Source of the DNA: Chiloscyllium plagiosum
Taxonomy: Eukaryota
DNA length: 64,000 nucleotides
Reading direction: 5' to 3'
NCBI RefSeq assembly: GCF_004010195.1
Contig: NC_057719.1
Coordinates: 58,544,079 to 58,608,078, forward strand
Positions 48,332-60,810 of the stretch are shown in pieces. The notes beneath the pieces were generated by a model, which was not told where the DNA came from, ran no database searches, and was given only the letters and a program-made list of their open reading frames with translations. Position numbers and translations under genes: made by a program. The number at the start of each line of letters is the position of its first letter. The stretch's first letter is position 1.

Positions 48332-51300
48332 CATAAGACCATAAGAAATAGGTGTGGAAGTAAGGCCATTCAGCCCATCGAGTCCACTCTGCCATTCAAT
48401 CATGGCGGATGGGCATTCCAACGCCACTTACCCGCACTCTCCCCATATTCCTCAATTCCTTGCGAGATTAAGAATTTATCAATCTCTACCCTGAAAACAT
48501 TTAACGTCCCGGCTTCCACTGTGCTCCATGGCAGTGAATTCCACAGGCCCACCACTCTCTGACTGAAGAAATGTCTCCTCATTTCCATTCTAAATTGACC
48601 CCCTCTAATTCTAAGACTGTGCCCACAAGTCCTAGTATCCCCGCCTGACGGAAATAATTTCCCAGCGTCCACCCTTTCTAAGCCATGCATTATCTTGTAC
48701 GTTTCTATTAGATCTCCCCTCAACCTTCTAAACTCTAACTAATACAATCCCAGGATCCTCAGCCATTTATCGTATGTTAGGCCTACCATTCCAGGGATCA
48801 TCCATGTGAATCTCCGCTGGACATGCTCCAGTGCCAGTATGTCCTTCCTGAGGTGTGTGGCCCAAAACTGGACACAGTATTCTAAATGAGGCCTAACTAG
48901 AGCTTTATAAAGTCTCAGTAGCACATCGCTGCTTTTATATTCCAACCTTCTTGAGATAAATTATATTTGCTTTCTTAAGCACAGACTCAATCTGCAAGTC
49001 AACCTTTAGAGAATCCTGTACCAGCACTCCCAGATCTCTTTGTACTTTGGCTTTATGAATTTTCTTATCGTTTATAAAATAGTCCATGCCTGTGTTCTTT
49101 TTCCAAAGTGCAAGATCTTGCATTTGCCTACATTGAGTTTCATTAGCCATTTCCTGGACCATTTTCCTAAACTGTCTAAATCTTTCTGTAGCCTCCCCAC
49201 CTCCTCAGAACTACCTGCCTGTCCACCTAACCTCGTATCATTGGTGAACTTCACCAGAATGCCGCCTTCGACCAGATCATTAATATATAAAGTGAACAGC
49301 TGCGGCCCCAACACTGAACCCTGCGGGACACCACTGGTCACCAGGTGCCATTCCATAAAAGAACCTTTTATCCCAACTCTGTGCCTTCTGTCAGACAGCT
49401 GATCCTCAATCCATCATGGGTGGCAAGGTGGCACAGTGGTTAGCACTGCTGCCTCACAGCGCGAGACCTGGGTTCAATTCCAATCTCGGGAAACTGTCTG
49501 TGTGGAGTTTGCACAGCCTCCCCGTGTCTGCATGGGTTTCCTCCGGGTGCTCCGGTTTCCTCCCATAGTCCAAGGATGTGCAGGTCAGGTGAATTGGCCA
49601 TGCTAAATTGCCTGTAGTGTTAGGTGAAGGGGTAAATGTAGGGGAATGGGTCTGGGTGGGTTGCTCTTTGGAGGGTCGGTGTAGACTTGTTAGGCTGAAG
49701 GGCCTGTTTCCACACTGTAAGTAATATAATCATTTCATTAGCTCACCTCAAACACCATGGGCCCTCGCCTTACTCAGCAGCCTCCCATGAGGCACCTTAT
49801 CAAAGGCCTTTTGGATGTCTGGGAAGATAACATCCACTGGGCTAACCTGTTGTTACCTCTTCAAAGAATTCTAACAGGTTTGTCAGGCATGTCCTCCCCT
49901 TACTAAATCTATGCTGACTTGTTCTAATTCAACCCTGCACTTCCAAGAATTTAGAAATCTCATCCTTAACGATGGATTCTAGAAGTTTACCTGCAACCGT
50001 GGTTAGGCTTATCTGCCTATAATTTTCCATCTTTTGTCTTGATCCTATCTTGAACAATAGGGTTACAACAATGATTTTCCAACTATCTGGGACTTTCCCT
50101 GACTCCAGTGATTTTTGAAAGATTACAACCGACGCCTCCACTATTTCCTCAGCCACCTCCCTCAGAACTCTAAGGTGTAGCCCATCCAGGCCAGGAGATT
50201 TATCAATTTTATGACCTTTTAGCTTATCAAGTACTTTCTCCTTTATAATGGCCACCACACTGAACTCTGCCCCTTGATTCTCCCTAATTGATGGGATATT
50301 ACTCATGTCTTTCACTGTGAAGACTGACACAAAGTACTTATTCAGCTCTTCAGCTATTTCCTTATCTCCCATCACAAGCCTTCCTCCATCAATTTGGAGT
50401 GGCCCAATCTCTATTTTTGCCTCTTGTTTGTTTCTTAAGTATTGAAAGAAACTTCGACTATCATTTCTAATATTACTGGCTAGCTTACCTCTATATTTGA
50501 TCTCTCCTTCCTTATTTCTCTCTTTGTTATCCTCTGTTTGTTTTTGTAGTCTTCCCAATCTTCTGATTTCCCAGTTCTCTTGGCAACTGTATAGGCTGCC
50601 TCTTTTTCTGTGATACATTTCCTGAGTTCCTTCGTCAGCCATGGTTGTCTAATTCCACCCCCCCCCGGGTAATCTTTCTTTTCTTTGGGATGTACCTCTG
50701 TACTGTATCCACACCCAGAAATTCCTGCCACTATTGCTCTACTGTCTTCCCAACTAGGCTCTGCTTCCAGTCAATGTTCGTCAGTTCCTCTCTCATGCTC
50801 CTGTAATTACCTTTATTTAACTGTCACACCATTGCATCTGATTTTGCCTTCTCTCATTCGAACTGCAGACTGAATGCTATCATATTATGATTGCTGCCTC
50901 CTAAGTGTTCCCTTACTTTAAGATCTTTTATAAAGTCCGGCTCATTACATAGCACTAAGTCCAGAATAGCTTGCTCCCTTGTGTGCTCCATCACAAGTGT
51001 TCCAAAAAGCTATTGTGTAAGCATTCCATGAATTCCCTTTCTTTGGATTCACCGGCAACATAATTCACCCAGTCTATTTGTATATTGAAGTCCCCCATGA
51101 TCACCGTGACCTTACCTTTCTGATATGCCCTAACTATTTCCTGGTACATCTTGCGCCTGTGGTCCTGAACTGCTGGGAGGTCTGTAAATAACTCCCATTA
51201 TGGTTTTTTTGCCTTTGTGGGTCTTCAACTCCACCCGCACAGAGTGCACATCATCTGGCACTATATCATTTAATGCCATAGATTTAATTTCATTCTTAAC

Positions 51301-52380
51301 TAACAAGGCAACCCCGCCCACTTCCCTGTCTTTTCAATAAGTTGTAAAACCTTGGATGTTTAACCCCTGAACCCCTTGCAACCACGTCCCTGTGATGCCT
51401 ATCACATCATAATAATTTATGATGATTTGTGTTGTTAATTCATCTACTTTGTTTTGAATGCTTCGAGCATTCAGGTAAAGCACCTTAATGCTAATTTTCT
51501 TATCCTCATGATTTCCATCACCTCTACCTAAGTTATCTTTCCTTTTTGTTTCATTCCTAGTCTGCCTTGAACTTAAACCCTGCACCCATGCTAACCTGCT
51601 GCTTATCTTTCTACTTGGCTTCATACTTCCTGTTGCTTTCCCTTTTCCTTTTCCCCAACTCACAAGTTTAAAGTCCTAGTGACCTCCTCCATTTATCCTT
51701 TTCGCCAGAACACTGGTTCCAGATCGGTTCAGGTGGAGACCGTCCCATCGGTGCAGATCACTCCGGTTCCAAAACTGATGCCAATGTCCCATGAAATGGA
51801 AACCTTCTTTCCCACACCAATCTCTTAGCCATGTGTTAACTTCCCTAATTTTCTTATCCCTATGCCAATTGGCATGTGCCTCGGGCAGTAGTCCAGAGAT
51901 TATGACCCTCGAGGACCTGTTCTTCAATTTCCTTCCTAGAGGTTGATACACCCCAAACAGGTCCTCCTTCCTAGCCTTACCTATGTTGTTTGTCCCAACG
52001 TGGACCACAACAACAGGAAGCTACCTCTTGCGCTCCAATATCCTTTCAAGCCGTTCGGAGATGTCCTGCACCCTGGCATCAGGCAGGCAATACACCATGT
52101 GGGACTCCCGGACCGGCTCACAAAGGATAGTATCTGTCCCCCTAATTATAAAATCCCCTATAACAACTACTTGGCTTTTTGTTCCCTCCTCTTGAATGGC
52201 CTTCTGCACCATGGTCCTCCTGAAACTTCCTATCAACGCTCCAGAGGTACCCAGCACCACCATCTTGAGCAGCATGAGCACCTCCTCACTGAGCTCAGTT
52301 TTTGTTTCAAGGCTACTCGACTTCTGTCCTCATGACTGCCTTGGTCCAAGCACGGGAAAAGAGCTAAAGTCCATACGTGA
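48332..52380 (-). mobile_element. Near full-length CR1 LINE (ORF1 SGNH esterase, EN, RT, 3' tail)
   Basis: ORF1 VVVIGDFIIRGTD / VHVGTNNIG / DGLHLN; EN LYLNARSI and GVIYRPP; RT GVPQGSVLGP, FTNDTRL and RPHLEYCVQFW; (cttatggt)n tail at 48332. Multiple stops. Confidence 0.93.
49417..49731 (+). mobile_element. HE1-like V-SINE inserted in CR1 RT
   Basis: Full head (A and B boxes), V core and tail, in antisense to the host CR1. Confidence 0.9.
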
Positions 52381-52460
52381 GAGTGATAACCTTAACCTTA
52401 CCTAATAGGTAGCACGTTCCTGGGGTTGAGTGCGATTTAAAAATATTCAAATTATCAATT

Positions 52461-52610
52461 TAGGTGAATTGGCCATACTAAATTGCCCATAGTGTTAGGT
52501 AAGGGGTAAATGTAGGGGTATGGGTGGGTTTCGCTTCGGCGGGTCGGTGTGGACTTGTTGGGCCGAAGGGCCTGTTTCCACACTGTAATCTAATCCAGTC
52601 TAATCTAATC
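52461..52610 (+). mobile_element. 5'-truncated young HE1-like SINE
   Basis: Matches the 3' half of the SINE at 19594-19913 and ends in (ctaat)n. Confidence 0.88.
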
Positions 52611-53680
52611 AAAGCAGCATTTTATTGAATATGGTATCAAGGAGCCTTAGCGAAACTGGCATCAGAGAGAATCAGGGCAAAACTCTCTACTGATTGAAAT
52701 TATATCTAGCACAAAGGAAAACATTATGATTATTGTAGACGAATTATCTCAACCGAGGACTCAATGCATGAGTTCCTTAGGGTCGTATCCTTGGCACAAC
52801 TGTCTTCAACAGCTTCATTAATAAACTCCCCTCTATCATAAGATCAGAAGTGGTAATGTCCACTGAAGACTGCAGAATGTTCAGTACAATTCGTGATTCC
52901 TTAAATTTTGAAGCAGTCCAGCAGAACCTGGTTGCAGAACCTCCAGGCTTAGGCTGATGAGTGGCAAGCAATGTTCACATTATAAAAGTGTTAGGCAATG
53001 ACTATCTTCAACTAAAAATAAGGTAACCATCACTCTGTGATTTTTTTCAGTGGTGTCACTGTCACTGACTCTCCCATTATTAACATTTTGGATGTTACCT
53101 TAAACAAGCCTTGTGTATAATGTGGCTATGAAGCAAGACAGTGGCAAGGAATTCTTTGGTGAGTAATTCACCTCCTATCTCATCAATGCCTGTCCACCAT
53201 CTACAAGGCAAAAGTCAAGAGTGTGATATAATTTTCTCCACTTGCATGGATTGGTGAAACTGCAGCAATATTCAAGAGTCTCAATGTTATCTAGGACAAA
53301 GTAGTATACACCATCTTCAAAATACACTCCATTCAACACGAAAAACAGTGGCAGGACTGGTGTGCCATCTGCAAGATGAATTGCAACAGCTCACCAAGAT
53401 TCCTTCCTTAACACGTAGAACAATGAGGGCAGCAGATGCATGCGAACACCACCATCAGTATGTTCCCCTTTATGTCACTTAGTATTCTAACTTTGAACTG
53501 TCTTGCTATTCCTTCACTGTCATTATGTCAAAATCCTGCATCAACTTCTTAACAGTACCGTAGGTTTCCCTACTCTAAAATGTTGATAATGGTTCAAGAA
53601 GGCACTTTCTCAAAGGCAATTGCAGATGGTAAATAAAATGCTGGCCTACCCAGCAATATCTACATTCCAAGAACCTGGAA
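52611..53680 (+). mobile_element. Old CR1-group RT/3' fragment (same family as 30520-34235)
   Basis: Decayed GVP.G..LG...F..FIN motif and 3' end gcaattgcagatggtaaataaaatgctggcc. Confidence 0.7.
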
Positions 53681-56141
53681 AAATGTCTGTTTTAAAGTAG
53701 AATTTTATTACATGTGCATTAAAAATGTTCAAAGAAAATTAAAAGCCCTTCCAAAAATTTGCATTTTATTTCCTTGTAGGTAGTGTGTAAAATGAACAAT
53801 TACTGCAATGGTGCCATGATTACGCTCACCAAAAATGCTAAAATAAAAGTTTCAATTATAGGTAAAGTTTATGTTGATGTTAGAAAAATGTAGTAGAATG
53901 ACTTGAAAGTTACAATGTCTAATCTGTTGCTGATGTAACAAAAACATATTAACGCAATGGCAACTGAAAATAATGACTTAAAATGATGCCTCCATCAAAC
54001 ATTTTATCTAAGTAAGAGTGAGATTTTTTTAAAATCTGTAGATGAGCTTGTTAAATTTTGATAATTCTAAATTGATAATTTGAATATTTTTAAATCGCAC
54101 TCAACCCCAGGAACGTGCTACCTATTAGGTAATGTGCTGTTTTATTTGACCCTAGTGCAAACAGTTGGAGCAGGAGCTTCATCTTTTGAAAGAGCAGAAC
54201 CAGGCATTGGCAAACAGTACGACACAGCTGATGACTGAAAACAACCAAGAACGTGCCTTGAAGGTAAATCTCTCACATTCTGAGTCAGGTTAGGGTTGTA
54301 AGCCATGGATACCATTTCTGACCTACTGGTATCAGTTATGTACATATCAGTACTATTATCGTATGGTGCTTGCCAATAACTCCTCTTTTAAACATGGATA
54401 CAATGTCTTTCGATGCAATTTTATATTTTTCTGCTTTTATATTTTGTATTCTGTTTCTATTTATGTAGAATATCAAATTGGAAGATAGGCAGGTGGAAAC
54501 TGCTATTTCAGTATTTATATCTGATCAAAATTTGGACATCATTTTTATCTATAGATACTGCTTAAATTTTTTGTCATTACATGGAACTGAATAATCCATC
54601 TCTAGTTCAAAGAATATATTTACTCATGTTCATTATGTTTGAGTTTACCTTTTCTTCTTGTTAAGTGATCATTTGAATCTTTAGTAGCATTTAGCAGTTG
54701 ACATTTTTGTAAATTACATCCAATTCATAAAACCAGCACCTTTTCCATAGTGACATGTACTGATGCATAAGTAAACTATAGAACTTTCTTCTGTCGTGCC
54801 AGTTTGTATCTAGCATTGAATCCATAGGTCCGACTTGAGCAACCAGACTCCTGAAGGTATTCTGGTACTCAATTATTGTCGGAACAGACACTTTTAACCA
54901 ACTCATTCAGATTCCTGGAAACCGGCAGGAACGAACCAGCTCTCTGTGTTAACATCGCAAGCTAGGTCAAAAGTATGAGCGCAAGCCAAAAGCATAGACT
55001 AAGTGGTGTAAACACAGGAAGCTGCTTTATAGTTATATTAAACTGCTGTCTTAATTCTGATTAAACAAACACCTGTGTGAAAGGCACTTAAGTGAGCCGA
55101 TGCACAAAACAGCTTCTAAAATGCTTCTAAATAAAGATGTGTTTCATTGTGTAGCGTGAAGTATGATTTGACCCATTGTGGCCAATAATAGCTCTCTGCC
55201 TTCAAAGGAAACCTATAGAAATGTCAGTTGTTCTCTAATTTAAAGTAAAAGAGAACTTTGGGGATTGTCATATCAAGCCTTCTAGGCTTATAGTTTTCAG
55301 TTTTGCCTCTGATTTATTCCAACGGGTAAAATTTTTCTTCTAACGGCATTAATCTGAATTCTGCTCTGAATTAGGTTTGTGAGTGAACTTGAACTGATAA
55401 ATAGAGAAGTATAAATTAGTTACTGCACCATTGTAAAAGTTCCACCTGCATTTCTCCCTGCTTAAAGATGTTACTTTGATATATGTCTGTTGACATATAT
55501 CAAAGTAACCTGTACAGGAAGTTCTCCTATAGCACCATGGTTGTGATCCAGTGAACCTTCCTTAAGAGGATCATTCAATATAAATAATGAAACCTATGGG
55601 AAAAGTGGGGTTGGGGCAGACCAGCAAAAATGTATCACTCATGATTGCTTAAAAGGTTGAAATCATATTTAATAACGAAACAAAAGTACATTTAACACAG
55701 TACATTTTAAAAAATGTAAGATAACTGCTCCCTACAGTACCTCTCACAGAAAGCTGCTCTGTTGGTAGCTGACATCGCGCATGTACAAAATGGCACGAAG
55801 AGCGGCACCAATGTTGTGCATGCGCAATATGACAATAACATTGGCGCATACGCAGTGCAAAGCACGCATACTGATCCCTCCTGGAATTGTGCAATTGCCA
55901 ATGGAAGTGAGCGTTCTCCAAAATACCATTCCTTAATTCTTCAGTGACGTTATAGCCAAATTGTGCTGCCAAAACATGCGCTATCCCAGAACTACTTGTA
56001 TTTGGGGTCAAAGTGACAAAAGAAGGAAAGCAAATAGAATTGCAGAGCAAGCTGTCAGAACAAGATGAATACAGATGAGAGTTCAGAACCTTCAAAGAAT
56101 AACGATTGACTCATTGCACTTGCCCATTTTCTCAGCGCCTC

Positions 56142-56357
56142 TGAAATAACCCCATAGCAGCCGGTATCCCGTCATCAAGTCACCCTTTATTTTCAAATGG
56201 AAAGTCCTTGACACTGATGCAGCTCACTCAGAACCAGCTCTCAGAGTGACAGGATGTCTATCAGCTAGGGCTCCCTGATTGAATCAGATTAACAGCCCCA
56301 ATCAGAGAACTTATATTCAATGAGATCCACCTGGCTGACCTTGTTACAATCACTACA
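56142..56357 (-). mobile_element. Gypsy solo LTR with 5-bp TSD GCCTC
   Basis: Reverse complement runs TGTAGTGATTGTAAC...GTTATTTCA, the same family as the 2664 and 29151 LTRs. gcctc at 56137-56141 and 56358-56362. Confidence 0.9.
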
Positions 56358-56919
56358 GCCTCCATTGTTATCTTAGGGTAACATACTTTTAAATCCTTTG
56401 GACATGTTTCAATATACGTTTTGTAATAGCGAGACCAAAATGGTACACTCAAAACTATAGTTTAAGCAGGGTGTATACACATTAAATCTGTTTGTTTTAC
56501 AATTCAGCTTTTCTAGCTGTTAACTCCAATATTTTATTTACATTTTCCATCGCTTTAACTTATGTTGCTACTTTCACGAGAATATATACTTAAATCCCTT
56601 GGTCTAACCAATTTAGACCTAATTTTTAAGAAGTATGATGCCTCTTTATTCCAAAATATACCACTTCACATTTAGGTATATTTTTACATCCATTAATGTT
56701 AATTTTGTCACATGCTTTAATCAGATTACGTTAACAGCCTTACAGTATGTGAATATTTAAGAAATGGCAACTCTAATATAATTGAGGAGCAAATTATTGT
56801 AGATGCTGTACTGAAAACAAAAAATGCTGGAGATCACAGCATCCACAAAGAGAAAGCAAGCTAATGTTTTGAGTCTAGATGACTTTTCATCAGAGCTGAC
56901 CAGAATATGATATAATTGA

Positions 56920-57031
56920 AGAGAAAATGAGGTCCTGTTTCCTGAAGAAGGGCTAATGCCCGAAACGTCGATTCTCCTGTTCCCTAGATGCTGCCTGACC
57001 TGCTGCGCTTCTCCAGCAACACATTTCCATC
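56920..57031 (+). mobile_element. Penelope hammerhead-motif insertion with 14-bp TSD and a short inverted 5' piece
   Basis: tatgatataattga at 56906-56919 and 57032-57045; CTGAAGAAGGGCTAATGCCCGAAACGTC core. Confidence 0.85.
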
Positions 57032-57094
57032 TATGATATAATTGAGTTAAACATAATGTTTCAGGAAGACATGTGAAAAGGTTCCCAAGATTCT

Positions 57095-57950
57095 AAAGGT
57101 TACCTGAGAGTACAACGGGATTTTGATCAGATTGGTCAATGGGCTGAGGAGTGGCAGATAGAGTTTAATTTAGATAAATGTAAGGAGCTGCATTTTGGAA
57201 AAGCAAATCAGAGCAGGACTTATACACTTAATGGTAAGGTTTTGGGGAGTGTTGCTGAACAAAGAGTCCTTGGAGTGCAGGTTCATAGTTCCTTGAAAGT
57301 AGAGTCACAGGTAGATAGGATAGTGAAGAAGGTATTTGGTGTGCTTTCCTTTATTGGTCAGAGCATTGAGTATAGGAGTGGGATGGTCATGTTGCGACTG
57401 TACAGGACGTTGGTTAAGCCACTGTTGGAATATTGCTTGCAGTTCTGGTCCCCTTCCTATTGGGAGGATGTTGTGGAACTTGAAAAGGTTCAGAAAAGAT
57501 TTACAAGGATGTTGCCAGGGTTCGACGATTTGAGCTATTCGAGAGGCTGAATAGGCTGGGGCTGTTTTCCCTGGAACGTCGGAGGCTGAGGGGTGGCCTT
57601 ATAGAGGTTTATAAAATCATGAGGGGCATGGATAGGATAAATAGTAAAAATCTTTTCCCTGGTGTGGGGGTCTCCAGAACTAGAGGGCATAGGTTTAGGG
57701 TGAGAGGGAAAAGATATAAAAGGGACTTAAGGGACAACCTTTTCACACAGAGGGTGGTGCATGTATGAATGAGCTGCCAGAGGAACTGGTGGAGGCTGGT
57801 ATAATTATGGCATTTATAAGGCATTTGAATGGGTATATGAATCGGAAGGGTTTAGAGGGATATGAGCCAAGTGCTGGCAAATGGGACTAGATTAGTGGAC
57901 GAGTTGGACTGAAGGGTCTGTTTCCGTGTTGTAAATGTCTATGACTCTAT
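57095..57950 (+). mobile_element. CR1 LINE 3' fragment
   Basis: LYRTLVKPLLEYCLQFWSP and LGLFSLERRRLRG motifs; ctatgactctat tail. Confidence 0.9.
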
Positions 57951-58439
57951 TTAAATAAAGCTGACTTCAATGTGATGTGCCAGAGATTGTCCCCCATAAT
58001 AAATAGCAAATAGCAAATGCTCAGCAGATTATCACAGCACCTGTGGAGAGAAATTGAGTCAGTGTTTTAGCTTTTTCAATTTTCATCCAATCAAGGCCAA
58101 GTAAAAGAAGTAATACATTTTGAACAACGAATGAGTCAGGAAAAGAGAAAAGGATGATTTATTATTTACTGAAGATCAGGAATCTAATATGAATCAGGGA
58201 TTCACCAAAACTATTACCATCAAAATAATAATAATGCAGAAATTGATGCCACTTAAACATGACAAGGTCCAAAGGTAGTTGCTGTCCATTAGAAAGTATG
58301 TGAGAAATTGATGAAAACGTAGATGCTTCAAACATAATCTCGAAAGTTCACTTCATTGAGGAACTGTTCCTTTAAGTTAGAAGATTCTATGTGTCATTCT
58401 ACTTTTTAAGGAAGGTGAAAGTGGAAAATCAGGGCATTG

Positions 58440-60400
58440 TAAGCTACTTCCATCATGATGTTAGACATATTATTGTCCATCCAGGCAATGTGAAGCACCC
58501 AACATGGTTGACTTTGCAGGTGAATTGTCTCAATGCTGCTGATGTTGGCATTTTCTGGGACTTCATTGATTATAGTGTAGTCCTGCCAGTGAACCTTGAG
58601 GATACTTTGTTTGGTAGCACTCTTGGAGATGTTCTAGATGGCGTACAGGACAGCAGTACAGGACCCACGACTTTTCACCATACTGAAGGGTGGTAAAGAC
58701 CATGACTTTGTTACAGTTTGGATCTGATCTGTGTTCTAAGGCTGTCGTTTCTCTCCATTTGTTTGTAGAGTCTACTGAATGGGATGATTGCTTTTGATAG
58801 CCTCAGAGCATAGCTCAGGCTCAACAGTAACAAAGCCATGGTGTTCACCACACTTCAGTATGGAGCAAACTCATGGGTTCTGTACTGCTGTCATGTGCAC
58901 CATTTTCTTGTCTGTGATGGCATCAATAAGCCTGAATGACAGTCAGTCAGGAGATTTCAATCATCAGCAAAAAGAAGTTCACAAATCATTTTTTTCTTCA
59001 TTTGTTGTGTGAGCCTGAAGATGCCTGTGATTTGAAAGACCTCACAATTACCTCCCACCTGCATCCTCCTGTCACATTCGCACCTACCTTCCCCCCCCAC
59101 CCCAGCTCCACCCCCACCCCACTATTTATCTCTCAGCCCCCTTCCCCCTCCACATACATGATGAAGGGCTAATGCCCGAAACATTGAGTCACCTGCTCTT
59201 CTGACGCTGCTGTGCTTTTCCAGTGCCACACTTTTCAACTCTTCATCTGTCCAGGAGCATATATAAACTCGTTCCTTTAGGTCTTCCACTGCCTGATGTT
59301 TATTGTGCTGAAGAAGTTGGTGAGTAAGATGAGGGCCAACTGCCTTCGTAGCATTGACAGTTCAGAAGGGATTCAAAGTTGCTGTTTTTCCTTTCATGTC
59401 TGTACTGATTCTTGCAAAACTGCTTCAGCATATCCAGGAACCTTAGTTTGAATCCAAAATTCTTAAGGATTTTCAAAAGTTCATCTCTGCTCACAGTGTC
59501 ACATGTCTCAGTAAAGTCTATAAAGGTGACAAACAGGCCTTTGTTTTGCTCATCGCACTTTCTTTATATTTCTGAAGTGCAAATACCACATGGGGTGCCT
59601 CTATCTGTTCTAAAACCACACTGGTTCTGTGTGAGTCAAGTGTGGTGCAGGAAAAGCATAGTAGGTCAGGCAGCATCTCAACAGCAGGAGAATGGATGTT
59701 TCGGGCATAAGCCCTTCATCAGGAATGAGGTTTTTGGGCCAGGGGACGCTGAGAGATAAATGGAAGGGGGAGGGGTTGTGGGGAAGGTAAGAAAGGTCGG
59801 TTCTCCTGCTCCTTGGATGCTGCCTGACCTGCTGTGCTTTTCCAGCACCACACTCTCGACTCTAATGTCTAGCATCTGCAGTGCTCACTTTCTCCTGGTT
59901 CTGTGGGAGGTTTGCTTCTGCAATGGTAGGCACACACTTATTCAGAAGTATTCTCGCCAGGATCTTTCCAAGCAATAAACTGGAGTGTGATCCTGTGGTA
60001 GTTGGACTAATCTGATTTTTCTCCTTTTTGAACAAGGTGATGATAACTCAATTGCAGAGATTCTGTGAAACCTGCCTTGTTCCTCTCTGTTGGCCACAAA
60101 AATTCTTGACATGTAGCTTCGGGCTGCCATTGTTCAAGGCTTTATGTGGAATTCCATTGACTCCAGAGAGACTTAAGAAGAAGAGAGAACAAGGTCAGCT
60201 GACTATAAGCCACTTATTGCAGAAGTTTCCATTTTACCCTCCAGGAATACGCAAGATAGGGATTAAAAAGCCAGTTTCAACATTACTGAAGTGAACTATT
60301 GGGCCTGAATGCTTTCCTGAGTACCAGCCTGAATTCCAGTGTTAGCATACTTTGAAACCACATTTGACATTAGTCATCTGTATTGCAGTTAAAGACCCTC
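58440..60400 (-). mobile_element. Degraded RTE-like LINE fragments with Penelope terminal-repeat insertions (59045-59240, 59635-59897)
   Basis: Minus-strand RT remnants (FIDFTET..TVSRDELLKILKNFG; FHRISAIE..LVQ) interrupted by hammerhead-motif repeats. Confidence 0.55.
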
Positions 60401-60642
60401 TCTAACTCCAAGTACAGCAAGCTAGTTAAAAAGGAAACTGTACAAATAATTACTGTCTCTCACCCTGAATACTGGATTTCACTCATAGACAACAGGCATC
60501 AGAAATTCATAGTTTTGCATATTGTTTGAGATTAAGCCTCATGAACCTGATTATTCACAAAACAATGTCAACACTACCAATAACCTCCAATGCAGTGACC
60601 ACAATATTCAACTATCTAATCTTGGGGAAACAATATAGAAAC

Positions 60643-60810
60643 TAGGTTAGGTGAATTGGCCATGCTAAATTGCCCGTAGTGTTAGGTGCAGGGGTAAACA
60701 TAGGAGAATGGGTCTGGGTGGGTGCGCTTCGGCAGGTCGGTGAGGACTTGTTGGGCCAAAGGGCCTGTTTCCACACTGTAAGTAATCTAATATAATCATC
60801 TAATCTAATC
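60643..60810 (+). mobile_element. 5'-truncated HE1-like SINE
   Basis: 3' half identical in structure to 52461-52610. Confidence 0.85.

Noticed and set aside
53760..53865. Possible next MIPOL1 exon after ttccttgtag
   Set aside because: The translation does not resemble the expected continuation of MIPOL1, and the phase-0 frame stops after three codons.
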